From Erysipelotrichaceae bacterium (GTDB taxonomy: Bacteria; Bacillota_I; Bacilli_A; RFN20; CAG-631): a stretch of DNA of 63,696 bases. The stretch covers positions 1-63,696 of the forward strand of contig JALEMY010000092.1 in assembly GCA_022767485.1 (NCBI GenBank), in the 5' to 3' direction. A program made the position numbers and the translations under genes. Positions 48,605 through 57,914 of this stretch are shown here, in pieces. The notes under the pieces are model-generated. The model had not been told where the DNA came from. It saw nothing but the letters and a program-made list of their open reading frames with translations, and made no database searches. The stretch's first letter is position 1; each line of letters begins with the position of its first letter.

Positions 48605-50389
48605 ATGATTCTATCACTTGTTAACTTTTTAAATAACTATTGGGTAGTATTATTGTTATGTTTTTTAATTATAACAATAATAGTTGTTTTCTTTTTGTTT
48701 ATCAATCAAAAGTATTATAAAAAAGAAAAAACATTTAAAGAGTGTTTAAACGATACAAAGTCACAACAAATATCAGTGATTATTGACTTTGAAGAAAAAA
48801 TGGTGGAAAAACGTTATTTGTATGATCAAACTAATACCGATGAAATAATGACAATAGATGAATTTTTTGTAAGATTTGATCGATGTAATTCTGAAAAATT
48901 TAAAAAGTGGCTAAATAATGTTTCGCAAATTCAAGACTTTAATAAGACAAGAAGAATTGAACTTGTCATGTATGAAAACCATGAAAGAAAAGTCTATATG
49001 GTTGATCTTGAAAGCTATAATTATTATTCTAAACGTTATTATTTAACATTTATTGACACAACAGAATCGATGAATGTATTTAATCGTATTGATAAATTAG
49101 CACCATCGACGATTGATATGGAACTTTTTTATCAAACAGCAAATGAAAGATTAAGTGTCGTTGATGAACATTCAAATAATTTTTTAATATACATTGTATA
49201 TAAAGAAAGAGAATATTTAAGAAAAGAATTTCCTAAGGATATTTTAAACAATATTGAAGAGAGTATTTATCATAGATTAAATAAGGATAAATTGGAAAAC
49301 GAACTGTTGAGTAAAACAGATAATGGAGCGTTTGTAATTTTTTCAACTAATGTTGCTAATATAAAAAAATATAAACAAAGAATAAAACGTATTTTACAAA
49401 GAAATTCTGGAGTATATGATCTTGCTCAACATCGTTTTAGTTATTCGATTAATTTGTATGCTGGTTACGTAATTATTGATAAGGAAAACGTTTTATCGAT
49501 GGATGACACGTTAAAAGCTGAAGCTACAGCTGATTATGCCATAAAAAGAGGACATTTTTCAGATCGTCTACAAGCGTTTGATGGGAATGTGCAAAATACT
49601 CATACAGAATTAAATAATATGTTACTAGCGGTAGAAAAAGTTGTATTAAGCAATTCATTTGAAGTTAAATTTACCCCAATTATAGATAAGGAAAACAAAG
49701 AAATTTGTGGATATTTTATTTCGATTGATTTACCTAAATCGTTAAAAATTTCCTTTACTGCTTTTATGGATTTTATCAAAAGAAAGTCTTTTAGATTTAA
49801 ATTTTTTAAAAATGTTTTTGAACAAATTATAACATTCAAATACAATAATAAAACTTCTCCTAATGTCTTTTATTTTTCTTTTGATTTCGATCATCTTCAA
49901 AGGGTGATGGAAGCATATCAAAGCCAAAGTTATTTTTCCGAATTAAACATTTATTTTTGTGTGGAATTTTCAAATTCAACGATGCAAAATAACGATTTGA
50001 TTTCAATTGAAAAGAAACTTGCTTATTATCAAGATACAAAAGATATTAAATTTGGTATTACATATAATTCATTAACAACGATATATTTAAATTCAAAAAT
50101 ATATTTAAAGGCTGATGTTGTCTTATTAACTGGACAATTAATTGATGGCTTACTTGATAAATATTCTAACGAAACACTAATTGACATGTATACGAATGTT
50201 GCAAAGTCTTACAATCAAGAAATTATTGGTTTAAATGTTTCATCATTAGCTATTTATGAAGTATTTCAACATAATAATATCAACAAATTTGGTGGATCAT
50301 TGTTGACACCATATGTAACAAATAGCAATAAAATAGTTGATAAATCATTATTAAAACAATTATCAGATATAGAAAATAGAAAGTATTAG
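48605..50389 (+). CDS. Membrane-anchored PAS-like / GGDEF-like / EAL-like protein with all catalytic motifs degenerate
   Basis: 594 aa. Domains by residue: N-terminal TM (aa 11-33); aa 55-155 PAS-like; aa 165-320 GGDEF-fold-like with TDNGAF in place of GGDEF; aa 335-570 EAL-like (FEVKFTPIIDKENKEICGYFISI versus canonical F.L.YQPI.d...g.i.G.EAL.R; IKFGITYNSL versus DDFGTGYSSL; LKADVVLL versus iKiDrsf; IIGLNV versus iAEGVE). Confidence 0.6.
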   Translation: MILSLVNFLNNYWVVLLLCFLIITIIVVFFLFINQKYYKKEKTFKECLNDTKSQQISVIIDFEEKMVEKRYLYDQTNTDEIMTIDEFFVRFDRCNSEKFKKWLNNVSQIQDFNKTRRIELVMYENHERKVYMVDLESYNYYSKRYYLTFIDTTESMNVFNRIDKLAPSTIDMELFYQTANERLSVVDEHSNNFLIYIVYKEREYLRKEFPKDILNNIEESIYHRLNKDKLENELLSKTDNGAFVIFSTNVANIKKYKQRIKRILQRNSGVYDLAQHRFSYSINLYAGYVIIDKENVLSMDDTLKAEATADYAIKRGHFSDRLQAFDGNVQNTHTELNNMLLAVEKVVLSNSFEVKFTPIIDKENKEICGYFISIDLPKSLKISFTAFMDFIKRKSFRFKFFKNVFEQIITFKYNNKTSPNVFYFSFDFDHLQRVMEAYQSQSYFSELNIYFCVEFSNSTMQNNDLISIEKKLAYYQDTKDIKFGITYNSLTTIYLNSKIYLKADVVLLTGQLIDGLLDKYSNETLIDMYTNVAKSYNQEIIGLNVSSLAIYEVFQHNNINKFGGSLLTPYVTNSNKIVDKSLLKQLSDIENRKY

Positions 50390-50570
50390 GTAGTATCAAT
50401 TTTTTAAAGTTAAATAGAATAGTATTTTTATGCAAAGAAAACAATAAAGAATTTGTATGCTTTAAGTAGTTTTTGGTTTATATGATGTTAGTAATTTCTT
50501 GTCTCTTTAATATTTGATTGTTTTCAGTTTATAGTATTAGTGGAAATTATTATTAATCTATAACTTTTAA

Positions 50571-50586
50571 AACACTATATAGTGTT
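50571..50586. repeat. Perfect 16-bp palindrome in the long spacer upstream of the trpS leader
   Basis: AACACTATATAGTGTT is its own reverse complement. Confidence 0.8.
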
Positions 50587-50628
50587 ATTATTGAAAACAT
50601 GATTTCACAATCAAAATATTAAAAATAC

Positions 50629-50658
50629 TAGACAAAAAAGATAAAATAAATATATAAT
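50629..50658 (+). promoter_or_regulatory. Putative promoter of the trpS T-box leader
   Basis: TAGACA (50629-50634), an 18-nt spacer, then TATAAT (50653-50658), just upstream of the T-box leader. Confidence 0.4.
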
Positions 50659-50664
50659 AAATTA

Positions 50665-50876
50665 AGCCGAAAAATGAGAAAAACTATATGAGCTTTCAAG
50701 AGAGTTTATGGTTGGTGCAAATAAACAAGTAGTATAGATAATATGGGGCATTAAGAACGATTTTATATCGTTTCGAGGCATAGATACATTAATGAGTGCA
50801 TAACGATGTTATGAACTAAGGTGGTACCGCGTAATTTTACGTCCTTAGAATAATTAATAAGGACGTTTTTATTTTT
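50665..50876 (+). promoter_or_regulatory. T-box leader (tRNA-Trp responsive) with terminator/antiterminator
   Basis: Stem I elements AGAGAG (50698-50703) and GGTGCAA. The candidate specifier UGG is at 50744-50746. The conserved T-box sequence AACTAAGGTGGTACCGCG is at 50814-50831. The terminator pairs ACGTCCTTA (50839-50847) with TAAGGACGT (50858-50866) and is followed by a T-run. trpS lies downstream. Confidence 0.9.
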
Positions 50877-50890
50877 AAGGAGAGAAAAAT

Positions 50891-51883
50891 ATGGATAATA
50901 AAAAAAGAATGCTTAGTGGTATAAAGCCAACAGGAAAGTTGACTCTTGGAAATTATATTGGGGCAATAAAGCAATTTATTGCATATCAAGATGAATATGA
51001 AATGTTTGTTTTCATTGCTGATTTACACGCTTTAACGCTTCCAATTGATGCTAAAGAGTTAAGACAAAATACTAAGGATTTAATATCGATATATTTAGCT
51101 TGTGGCCTTGACCCTTCAAAAGTTGTTTTATTTAAACAAAGCGATGTTCATGAACATGCCGAACTTGGTTATATAATGACATGTAATTCCAATATGGGAG
51201 AGTTATTTAGAATGACTCAATATAAGGACAAAACTGCTAAAATGGGAAATAATGAATCTATACCTACTGGTATTTATATTTATCCTGCTTTAATGGCGGC
51301 AGATATTTTATTATATGATGCCGACTATGTTCCTGTAGGAATCGATCAGAAACAACATGTTGAATTAACTCGTGATTTGGCTATTCGCTTTAATTCTCAT
51401 TATAGTGATACTTTTAAAGTGCCAGAACCTATTATTGCTACAAATGGTGCAAAGATCAACTCTCTTTCAAATCCATTAAAGAAAATGTCAAAATCAGAAT
51501 CGGAAAAGGGAACAGTATATCTTCTTGAAGATTTAACTATTACAAGAAAGAAAATTATGTCTGCTGTTACAGATAGTGGTAGTGAGGTCGTTTATGATAC
51601 GATAAATAAACCTGGAATTTCTAATTTATTAACTATTATGTCAAGTTTAACTAATATGCCAATAAATGAAATAGAAAAACAATTTGAAAACAAAGGTTAT
51701 GGTGAATTTAAAAAAGCAGTTGCGGATGTTGTTTGTAAAGAATTAAATGATTTACAAACAAAAGTTAAAGAAATTCAAAGTAGTGGAATAATTGAAAAAG
51801 TATTGGAAGAGGGGGCTAGTAAAGCTTCTTATTATGCTAGAAAGAAACTGTCAAAAGTATATCGTAAAGTGGGATTAAGATAA
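50891..51883 (+). CDS. trpS: Tryptophan--tRNA ligase
   Basis: Class I motifs (GIKPTGKLTLGNYIG as the HIGH-like region, and KMSKS) with TrpRS-typical length (330 aa). SD AAGGAGAG. Confidence 0.95.
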   Translation: MDNKKRMLSGIKPTGKLTLGNYIGAIKQFIAYQDEYEMFVFIADLHALTLPIDAKELRQNTKDLISIYLACGLDPSKVVLFKQSDVHEHAELGYIMTCNSNMGELFRMTQYKDKTAKMGNNESIPTGIYIYPALMAADILLYDADYVPVGIDQKQHVELTRDLAIRFNSHYSDTFKVPEPIIATNGAKINSLSNPLKKMSKSESEKGTVYLLEDLTITRKKIMSAVTDSGSEVVYDTINKPGISNLLTIMSSLTNMPINEIEKQFENKGYGEFKKAVADVVCKELNDLQTKVKEIQSSGIIEKVLEEGASKASYYARKKLSKVYRKVGLR

Positions 51884-52668
51884 TGAATTTAAAAGAGAAA
51901 ATCATCGCTTTTGACATTGATGGTACATTAGCAAGAAATGATACTTTTCCTTCTGCTTTTACCTATGAAACAATAAAAAGATTAATCGAAGAAGGTTATC
52001 ATATTTGTTTGGTCACTGGGAGAAGTATCGTATCGTCAATTGATATATATAAAAGATGCAATATGAATACACTTTGCGTTTTGTGTAACGGAGCAATGGT
52101 GTATGATCCTATTAGTGATAAAAAAATTAGGAATATTATTATTCCTATGTCTATAGTTGAAAGTGTTATAAATAATCGTGAGTTGATGGAAATGATCGAT
52201 GATATATTGATAGAAATTGATTATCAAACATATTCGCTAACTGGCAATTGTTGGCCAAATTGCTACAAAATTGGCAATTTTAAAGACACTTTGCCTGCAA
52301 GTCCTAATGCGATGGTTATTATGGCAAAAGACCCTTTGCTTCAAAATAAAATTGCTAGTATAATTAATAAAAGTGAAGATTATCATTATCGTTATTGGAA
52401 TTATATGGGAGAATTTTATAATTTGCATTTTTCTAAAAAAGAGGGTGTTGAAGCAATGCTTAAATATTACAACAAAGATGCATCATCCTTAATTTTCTTT
52501 GGCGATGGTGAAAATGATAGAGAATTATTATCTTATGCAAGTATGGGAATTGCTATGAAAAACGCCGATGACGAAACAAAAAAATATGCAAATGTTATTA
52601 CGGATTATAGTAACGAGGAAGATGGGGCTATAAAATATCTTTTAAAAATGATTCAGGAGCACGATTAA
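51883..52668 (+). CDS. Cof-type HAD-IIB phosphatase
   Basis: FDIDGTL (motif I), VTGR (motif II) and FGDGENDRELL (motif IV). Its start overlaps the trpS stop (TAATG). Confidence 0.8.
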   Translation: MNLKEKIIAFDIDGTLARNDTFPSAFTYETIKRLIEEGYHICLVTGRSIVSSIDIYKRCNMNTLCVLCNGAMVYDPISDKKIRNIIIPMSIVESVINNRELMEMIDDILIEIDYQTYSLTGNCWPNCYKIGNFKDTLPASPNAMVIMAKDPLLQNKIASIINKSEDYHYRYWNYMGEFYNLHFSKKEGVEAMLKYYNKDASSLIFFGDGENDRELLSYASMGIAMKNADDETKKYANVITDYSNEEDGAIKYLLKMIQEHD

Positions 52669-53534
52669 TGAAGGTACTATTATATTATTTTACAGGAACA
52701 TATAATACACTTTTTATTGCGACACTTTTTAAAAATGTTTTGCAATTAAATAAAATAGATGCGGAAGTAAGACTTATAGAAGGCAAAGATAAAAACGTGA
52801 AAATTGATGCTGATATTATTGGCATTGCTTATCCTATTTATCACCATCTTTCACCAAAAATTATCGAAAAAAATTTACTTAAATTAAATATTGAAAATAA
52901 AAAGTATTTTATTTTTCATACAGGAAAGTCTGATTCTTCATTAAATTATGCATCATCTTATAAAATCAACAAAATATTGCTAAAAAGAAACAATATATTT
53001 TGTGGTGAATATCATTTTTTAATGCCTAGCAATTATGAAAAAAAGACAAATATAGAATTGATAAATTGTGAAATAAATTACGCTATCAGATATGTAAAAT
53101 ACATAGTTAGGCATTTGTTTGATGAAAAAAAATACCATATAACAATAAAGAATAAAATGGCATATTATTTATATGGTGTTTCATTGTTTATGTATCATAT
53201 AAATTCATTTTTTATCAAAGTTGACAAAAAAAAGTGTAATAGGTGTAGGAAATGTCTTAATCAGTGTGTTAATGGTTCAATTATCTATAACAAAGTCAAA
53301 AAAAGAATTCAATTTAAAAAAAGTTGTATAGGTTGCTTTCGTTGTTTATATCTTTGTCAATGTGATGCAATTAATTTTGCTTTATTTAATACAAAAAAGG
53401 TTTTGAAGTATTATAACTTTAACGAATTGTTAGATAATTATCTTAAAAGCGAGAAAAATGATTTAGCAAAACTAACACTTAGTATTAAAGAAAAAGAATA
53501 TTTTAAAAAGTTAGATGATATTATTCATTTATAG
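52668..53534 (+). CDS. Flavodoxin-like / 2x[4Fe-4S] ferredoxin fusion (EFR1-like)
   Basis: The N-terminal MKVLLYYFTGTYNT is flavodoxin-like, and the C-terminal CNRCRKCLNQC and CIGCFRCLYLC are cluster motifs. Its start overlaps the upstream stop (TAATG). Confidence 0.55.
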   Translation: MKVLLYYFTGTYNTLFIATLFKNVLQLNKIDAEVRLIEGKDKNVKIDADIIGIAYPIYHHLSPKIIEKNLLKLNIENKKYFIFHTGKSDSSLNYASSYKINKILLKRNNIFCGEYHFLMPSNYEKKTNIELINCEINYAIRYVKYIVRHLFDEKKYHITIKNKMAYYLYGVSLFMYHINSFFIKVDKKKCNRCRKCLNQCVNGSIIYNKVKKRIQFKKSCIGCFRCLYLCQCDAINFALFNTKKVLKYYNFNELLDNYLKSEKNDLAKLTLSIKEKEYFKKLDDIIHL

Positions 53535-54066
53535 AATTATTGGCGTGTAGCTGTGCAATTTTTATTGCAGAATTTGCAGCGATTGCGCTAATGATATCAT
53601 CTAAAAAGCAATGACAATGTTCTTTATTATTTTGCAATTGATAAACTTTAGCCGGCTTATTAATATCTAAATTTCCAAAGTTTGTTTTTCCTATGCTTCC
53701 ATAGTCTCCACATATTGATAAAGCTAGTGTTTCATCAATACTAAATAGACCAACATCGGAAAGAATTATGGCATTTAATGGCTCATCAAACATATGTTTT
53801 TCTGCACATATATCAACATTGATGGCAAATAAAATTGCGTGGAAAGTTTCACGCTTTTTTAATATTTCTAAAACTGCTTTTTTACATTCATCTAAAGTTA
53901 GATTTGGCAAATATTTGCATTGAGCATAATAAGATAAAAACGCAATATCATCGATTTCAACGCCTCTTTCTTTAAGCATAGAAATGGAAATTAATTGCAT
54001 TTGTTCTTCATTATAATAGTTGCTTTTACTATTTATAAAGTTATCAAGACACTTTAAATGTTTCAT
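53521..54066 (-). CDS. PgpA-family (phosphatidylglycerophosphatase A, YutG-like) protein
   Basis: ERGVEIDDIAFLSYYAQCKYLPNLTLDEC ... DETLALSI..YGSIGKTNFG ... HCHCFLDDIISAIAA closely parallels Bacillus YutG as I recall it. Confidence 0.6.
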   Translation of the reverse strand: MKHLKCLDNFINSKSNYYNEEQMQLISISMLKERGVEIDDIAFLSYYAQCKYLPNLTLDECKKAVLEILKKRETFHAILFAINVDICAEKHMFDEPLNAIILSDVGLFSIDETLALSICGDYGSIGKTNFGNLDINKPAKVYQLQNNKEHCHCFLDDIISAIAANSAIKIAQLHANNSINE

Positions 54067-54180
54067 ATTATCGCCTCAAATCATTATATGATGAAAACAG
54101 AAAAATATGATTAAATAATAGATGCATAATAGTAAATAAAAACTATTCATTATCATAAAAAAAATGTTATAATTATTTAG

Positions 54181-54200
54181 AAAGCATTTTTAAATGCTTT
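54181..54200. repeat. Inverted repeat in the gpmI 5' untranslated region
   Basis: AAAGCATTT-TT-AAATGCTTT lies between a TGTTATAAT extended -10-like element and the gpmI SD (GGAGGA). Confidence 0.6.
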
Positions 54201-54214
54201 AATGGAGGAATATT

Positions 54215-55789
54215 ATGTATAAACCAATTTTACTTGTTGTTATGGATGGTGTTGGCTTTTCGAAAACAGGACTTGGAGATGCTGTAAGTCTTGCAAACAC
54301 TCCAACGCTTGATGAATTATTAAAAAATTATCCAAATGTTAAATTGAAAGCTCATGGTAGTGCTGTTGGATTACCAAGCGATGATGATATGGGAAATTCT
54401 GAAGTTGGACATAATGCTTTAGGATGTGGACAAATTTATTCACAAGGAGCAAAACTTGTAAATGAATCAATACAATCAAAGAAAATGTTTACTTCCGCTT
54501 CTTGGAAAGAAGTTGTAAACAATGTCATTAATCATCAATCAACATTACATTTTATCGGTCTTTTATCCGATGGAAATGTTCACTCTAATATCTCTCATTT
54601 AATCGCTATGTTAAAAGAGGTTAAACTTGAAGGAGTTAAGAAAGTACGTATCCATATTTTACTTGACGGACGTGATGTGCCAGCAACAAGTGCATTAATA
54701 TATGTTAATCAATTAGAAGAAGAATTAACTTTATTAAACGACGATTCATTTGATGCTAAAATTGCTTCAGGTGGCGGAAGAATGAAAATTACAATGGACC
54801 GTTATCAAGCAAATTGGAAAATGGTTGAAGAAGGTTGGAAAACACATGTTTTAGGTGAAGGTAGAATGTTTGCTTCAGCAAAAGATGCTATTGTTACATA
54901 TAGAAATGAAAATCCTTCAATAATCGACCAAGATTTACCACCTTTTGTCATTGCTTTAAATGGTAAACCTGTTGGAAAAATCATCGATAATGATTCTGTT
55001 ATATTATTTAATTTCCGTGGAGATAGAGCAATTGAGATTTCAATGGCATTTGATCAAAAAGATTTTGACAAATTTGATAGAAAATACTATCCAAATGTTG
55101 TATATGCCGGAATATTACAATATGATGGAGACTTAAAACTACCTGCTAGATTTTTAGTAAATCCACCAGAAATTCATAATACATTAACAGAAGTTATGGT
55201 TGAACATGGCGTTAATGAATATGCTATTTCAGAAACTCAAAAATATGGCCATGTTACATATTTTTGGAATGGTAATCGTTCGGATAAGTTTTCTAATGAA
55301 TTGGAAACATATGTAGAAATACCATCTGATAAAGTTTCTTTTGATGAAAGGCCTTGGATGAAATCAGCAGAAATTACAGACACTTTAATTGAAGCATTAA
55401 AATCTCATAAATATGGTTTTTTACGTGTCAACTATCCAAATGGCGATATGGTAGGACATACAGGTTCATTACCTGCTACTATTTGTTCGATGGAAGCTTT
55501 AGATTTAGCTCTTGGTAGAATTAAACGTGTTTGCAAAGAAGAAGGCTATACAATGGTGGTTACAGCTGACCATGGAAATGCTGATGAAATGCTTGAAAAA
55601 AATAAAAAAGGCGTGATTCAAGTTCGTACAGCACATTCATTAAATCCTGTGCCATTTATCATAGTTGATGATGATAACAAGTATGAATTTGTTCCAGGAG
55701 AATTTGGACTTGCAAACGTTGCTCCAACAATCGTTAAAATGATGGGATTTGATATTCCACAATGCTGGGAAAAACCAATGATAAAATAA
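54215..55789 (+). CDS. gpmI: 2,3-bisphosphoglycerate-independent phosphoglycerate mutase
   Basis: LVVMDGVG, NSEVGHNALG, LLSDGNVHS and TADHGNA motifs. 524 aa. Confidence 0.95.
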   Translation: MYKPILLVVMDGVGFSKTGLGDAVSLANTPTLDELLKNYPNVKLKAHGSAVGLPSDDDMGNSEVGHNALGCGQIYSQGAKLVNESIQSKKMFTSASWKEVVNNVINHQSTLHFIGLLSDGNVHSNISHLIAMLKEVKLEGVKKVRIHILLDGRDVPATSALIYVNQLEEELTLLNDDSFDAKIASGGGRMKITMDRYQANWKMVEEGWKTHVLGEGRMFASAKDAIVTYRNENPSIIDQDLPPFVIALNGKPVGKIIDNDSVILFNFRGDRAIEISMAFDQKDFDKFDRKYYPNVVYAGILQYDGDLKLPARFLVNPPEIHNTLTEVMVEHGVNEYAISETQKYGHVTYFWNGNRSDKFSNELETYVEIPSDKVSFDERPWMKSAEITDTLIEALKSHKYGFLRVNYPNGDMVGHTGSLPATICSMEALDLALGRIKRVCKEEGYTMVVTADHGNADEMLEKNKKGVIQVRTAHSLNPVPFIIVDDDNKYEFVPGEFGLANVAPTIVKMMGFDIPQCWEKPMIK

Positions 55790-55826
55790 AAAAATTCTCA
55801 CTAGGTTAAACTTAGTGAGATTTTTT
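55783..55826. terminator. Bidirectional terminator between gpmI and the nifU-like gene
   Basis: TCTCACTA (55795-55802) pairs with TAGTGAGA (55812-55819), flanked by an A-run upstream and a T-run downstream. Confidence 0.75.
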
Positions 55827-55834
55827 ATTATTTA

Positions 55835-56107
55835 TTAATTGTTATCTTCAACATAACTTGTTTCAGTTACTTGCAAAACATTTGTTACTTTAACAACGCC
55901 AGCTACTTCTTCTTTTAATAGTGTTGCTACACCATCTTGTAAAGTATTATCTACTAAATCACAACCAGCGCAAGCACCAATCATTCTAACAAAAACTTCT
56001 CCGTCTTTGTAGCCAACATATTCAATGTCTCCACCATCACGAATTAAAAATGGTCTAATTTTTTCTAAAACAGTTACGATTTGTGTTTCAATTTCATTTA
56101 AAGCCAT
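55835..56107 (-). CDS. NifU C-terminal-domain (Nfu/YutI-like) Fe-S carrier
   Basis: 90 aa. IRPFLIRDGGDIEYV and GACAGC (CxxC) motifs. Confidence 0.85.
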   Translation of the reverse strand: MALNEIETQIVTVLEKIRPFLIRDGGDIEYVGYKDGEVFVRMIGACAGCDLVDNTLQDGVATLLKEEVAGVVKVTNVLQVTETSYVEDNN

Positions 56108-56261
56108 TCTTCCACCTTCTTTTTTTAGTAATTATAACATATTAGATAGAAAAATTAAATTTTTTCTTATTAATTTTATTATTAACAAATTTCAAAAAAA
56201 AACATGTAAATTGTAAACAATTTAATATCTTTATGGTATAATACCAAAAGAGGGTAAAAAA

Positions 56262-56636
56262 ATGAATGGTATTAAAGTGGGAGAAATAATTAAAGTACAA
56301 GTTATTGGTTTTCAAAACTATGGTATATTCATAAAATCATTTGATGATGAAGAATACACTGGGTTAATTCATATATCAGAAATATCCAATGATTTTGTCA
56401 AAGATGTAACCAAAGTTGCTCATTTGGGTGATATTTTATATGCGAAAGTATTAGATGTTGAAGAAAAAGTAAAGCATATTAAACTTTCAATTAAGGCAAC
56501 GCAACCTAAAATGAGATATCGTTCCAATTACATTAAGCAAAGACACAACCCACTTTACAAGGATTTTACTTCTCTTCAAGAAAATCTTGATGGTTGGATA
56601 AAGCAAGAGTTGAAGGAGAAAAATAGAAATGATTAG
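56262..56636 (+). CDS. S1 RNA-binding domain protein (YugI/CvfD-like)
   Basis: VGEIIKVQVIGFQNYGIFIK...GLIHISEIS...GDILYAKVLDVEE is a canonical S1 domain. 124 aa. Confidence 0.8.
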   Translation: MNGIKVGEIIKVQVIGFQNYGIFIKSFDDEEYTGLIHISEISNDFVKDVTKVAHLGDILYAKVLDVEEKVKHIKLSIKATQPKMRYRSNYIKQRHNPLYKDFTSLQENLDGWIKQELKEKNRND

Positions 56637-57912
56637 AGTAAATTTATCAAGAGTAGATAACAGCAGTAAAAATTTAATGAAAAGCATGAAAAATAAAGTT
56701 GTTGAAATCGATAAGATGATCAACGAAAAAACAGGAGAAGGTTCTGATTTTTTAGGATGGTTAGATTATGCTAAAAATCTAAAAAGTTCAGAAATAAAAA
56801 GAATAAATAAAACTGCTGAAAGAATTCAAAAAAATTGTGATGTATTAGTAGTAATTGGTATTGGTGGCAGTTATTTAGGTTCAAAAGCTGTGATTGACGC
56901 AATCAATGGTATTGTCAATCAATCACCATGTAAAGTGGTTTATATGGGACAAACATTATCGCCTACATATACTTTTCAAATGTTAGAATACTTAAAAGAC
57001 AAGAAAATTGCCATCAATGTTATTTCAAAGTCTGGAACTACACTTGAACCATCAATTGCCTTTCGTCTAGTTTCCGAACTTGCTAAAAAGTGTTGGGGGC
57101 CAAAGAAATATGCAAAATATGTAGTAGCTACAACAGATGCTAAAAAAGGTGCTCTTCACCAAATGGCTTTTGCAGAAGGGTTTGAAGAATATGTTATTCC
57201 AGATGATGTAGGTGGAAGATATTCGGTTTTCACTCCAGTTGGCTTAATTCCAATGGCAGTTGCAGGTGTGGACATATCTTCATTTATTGCAGGTGTTGTT
57301 GAAGGAAGCAATGAATATTCATCTCCAGTATTAGATGAAAACGAAGCATATAAATATGCAGTTTTACGTTATGTTGAAAAAGTTAAAAATAAAATCAGTG
57401 TAGAATTTTTAATTACATATGAGCCTCATTTTGTTGCTTTAGCTGAATGGTGGAAACAATTATTTGGTGAATCTGAAGGTAAAAATAAAAAAGGCTTACT
57501 TCCAGCATCTTTATGTTTTACTACTGATTTACATTCAATGGGTCAATTTTGCCAAGAAGGGACACCTTGCTTTTTTGAAACAACAATTGCCGTTGGTAAA
57601 TATCAAAATGATGTTACAATTCCTAAGACACTTGTTAATTTAGACAAATTAAATTATCTTGCTGGTAAATCACTATCACAAGTTGAAGATGTGGCAATTA
57701 GTTCTACACTTGATGCTCATTTCGTTGATGGTAAGCATGATAATGCTTTAATTGAAATCAGTGAAATGAATCCATTTACACTTGGAAAATTAATGTTTTT
57801 CTTTTGTAAAGCGTGTGCAATGTCAGCATATCTATTAGAGATTAATCCATTTAACCAACCTGGTGTTGAAATTTATAAAGCTAGAATGAAAGATTTATTG
57901 AAGAAGTTATAA
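56629..57912 (+). CDS. pgi: Glucose-6-phosphate isomerase (short Firmicute type)
   Basis: EKTGEGSDFLGWLDYA, IGIGGSYLG, SKSGTTLEP, GGRYS and ESEGK motifs. Confidence 0.92.
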   Translation: MIRVNLSRVDNSSKNLMKSMKNKVVEIDKMINEKTGEGSDFLGWLDYAKNLKSSEIKRINKTAERIQKNCDVLVVIGIGGSYLGSKAVIDAINGIVNQSPCKVVYMGQTLSPTYTFQMLEYLKDKKIAINVISKSGTTLEPSIAFRLVSELAKKCWGPKKYAKYVVATTDAKKGALHQMAFAEGFEEYVIPDDVGGRYSVFTPVGLIPMAVAGVDISSFIAGVVEGSNEYSSPVLDENEAYKYAVLRYVEKVKNKISVEFLITYEPHFVALAEWWKQLFGESEGKNKKGLLPASLCFTTDLHSMGQFCQEGTPCFFETTIAVGKYQNDVTIPKTLVNLDKLNYLAGKSLSQVEDVAISSTLDAHFVDGKHDNALIEISEMNPFTLGKLMFFFCKACAMSAYLLEINPFNQPGVEIYKARMKDLLKKL

Positions 57913-57914
57913 CA

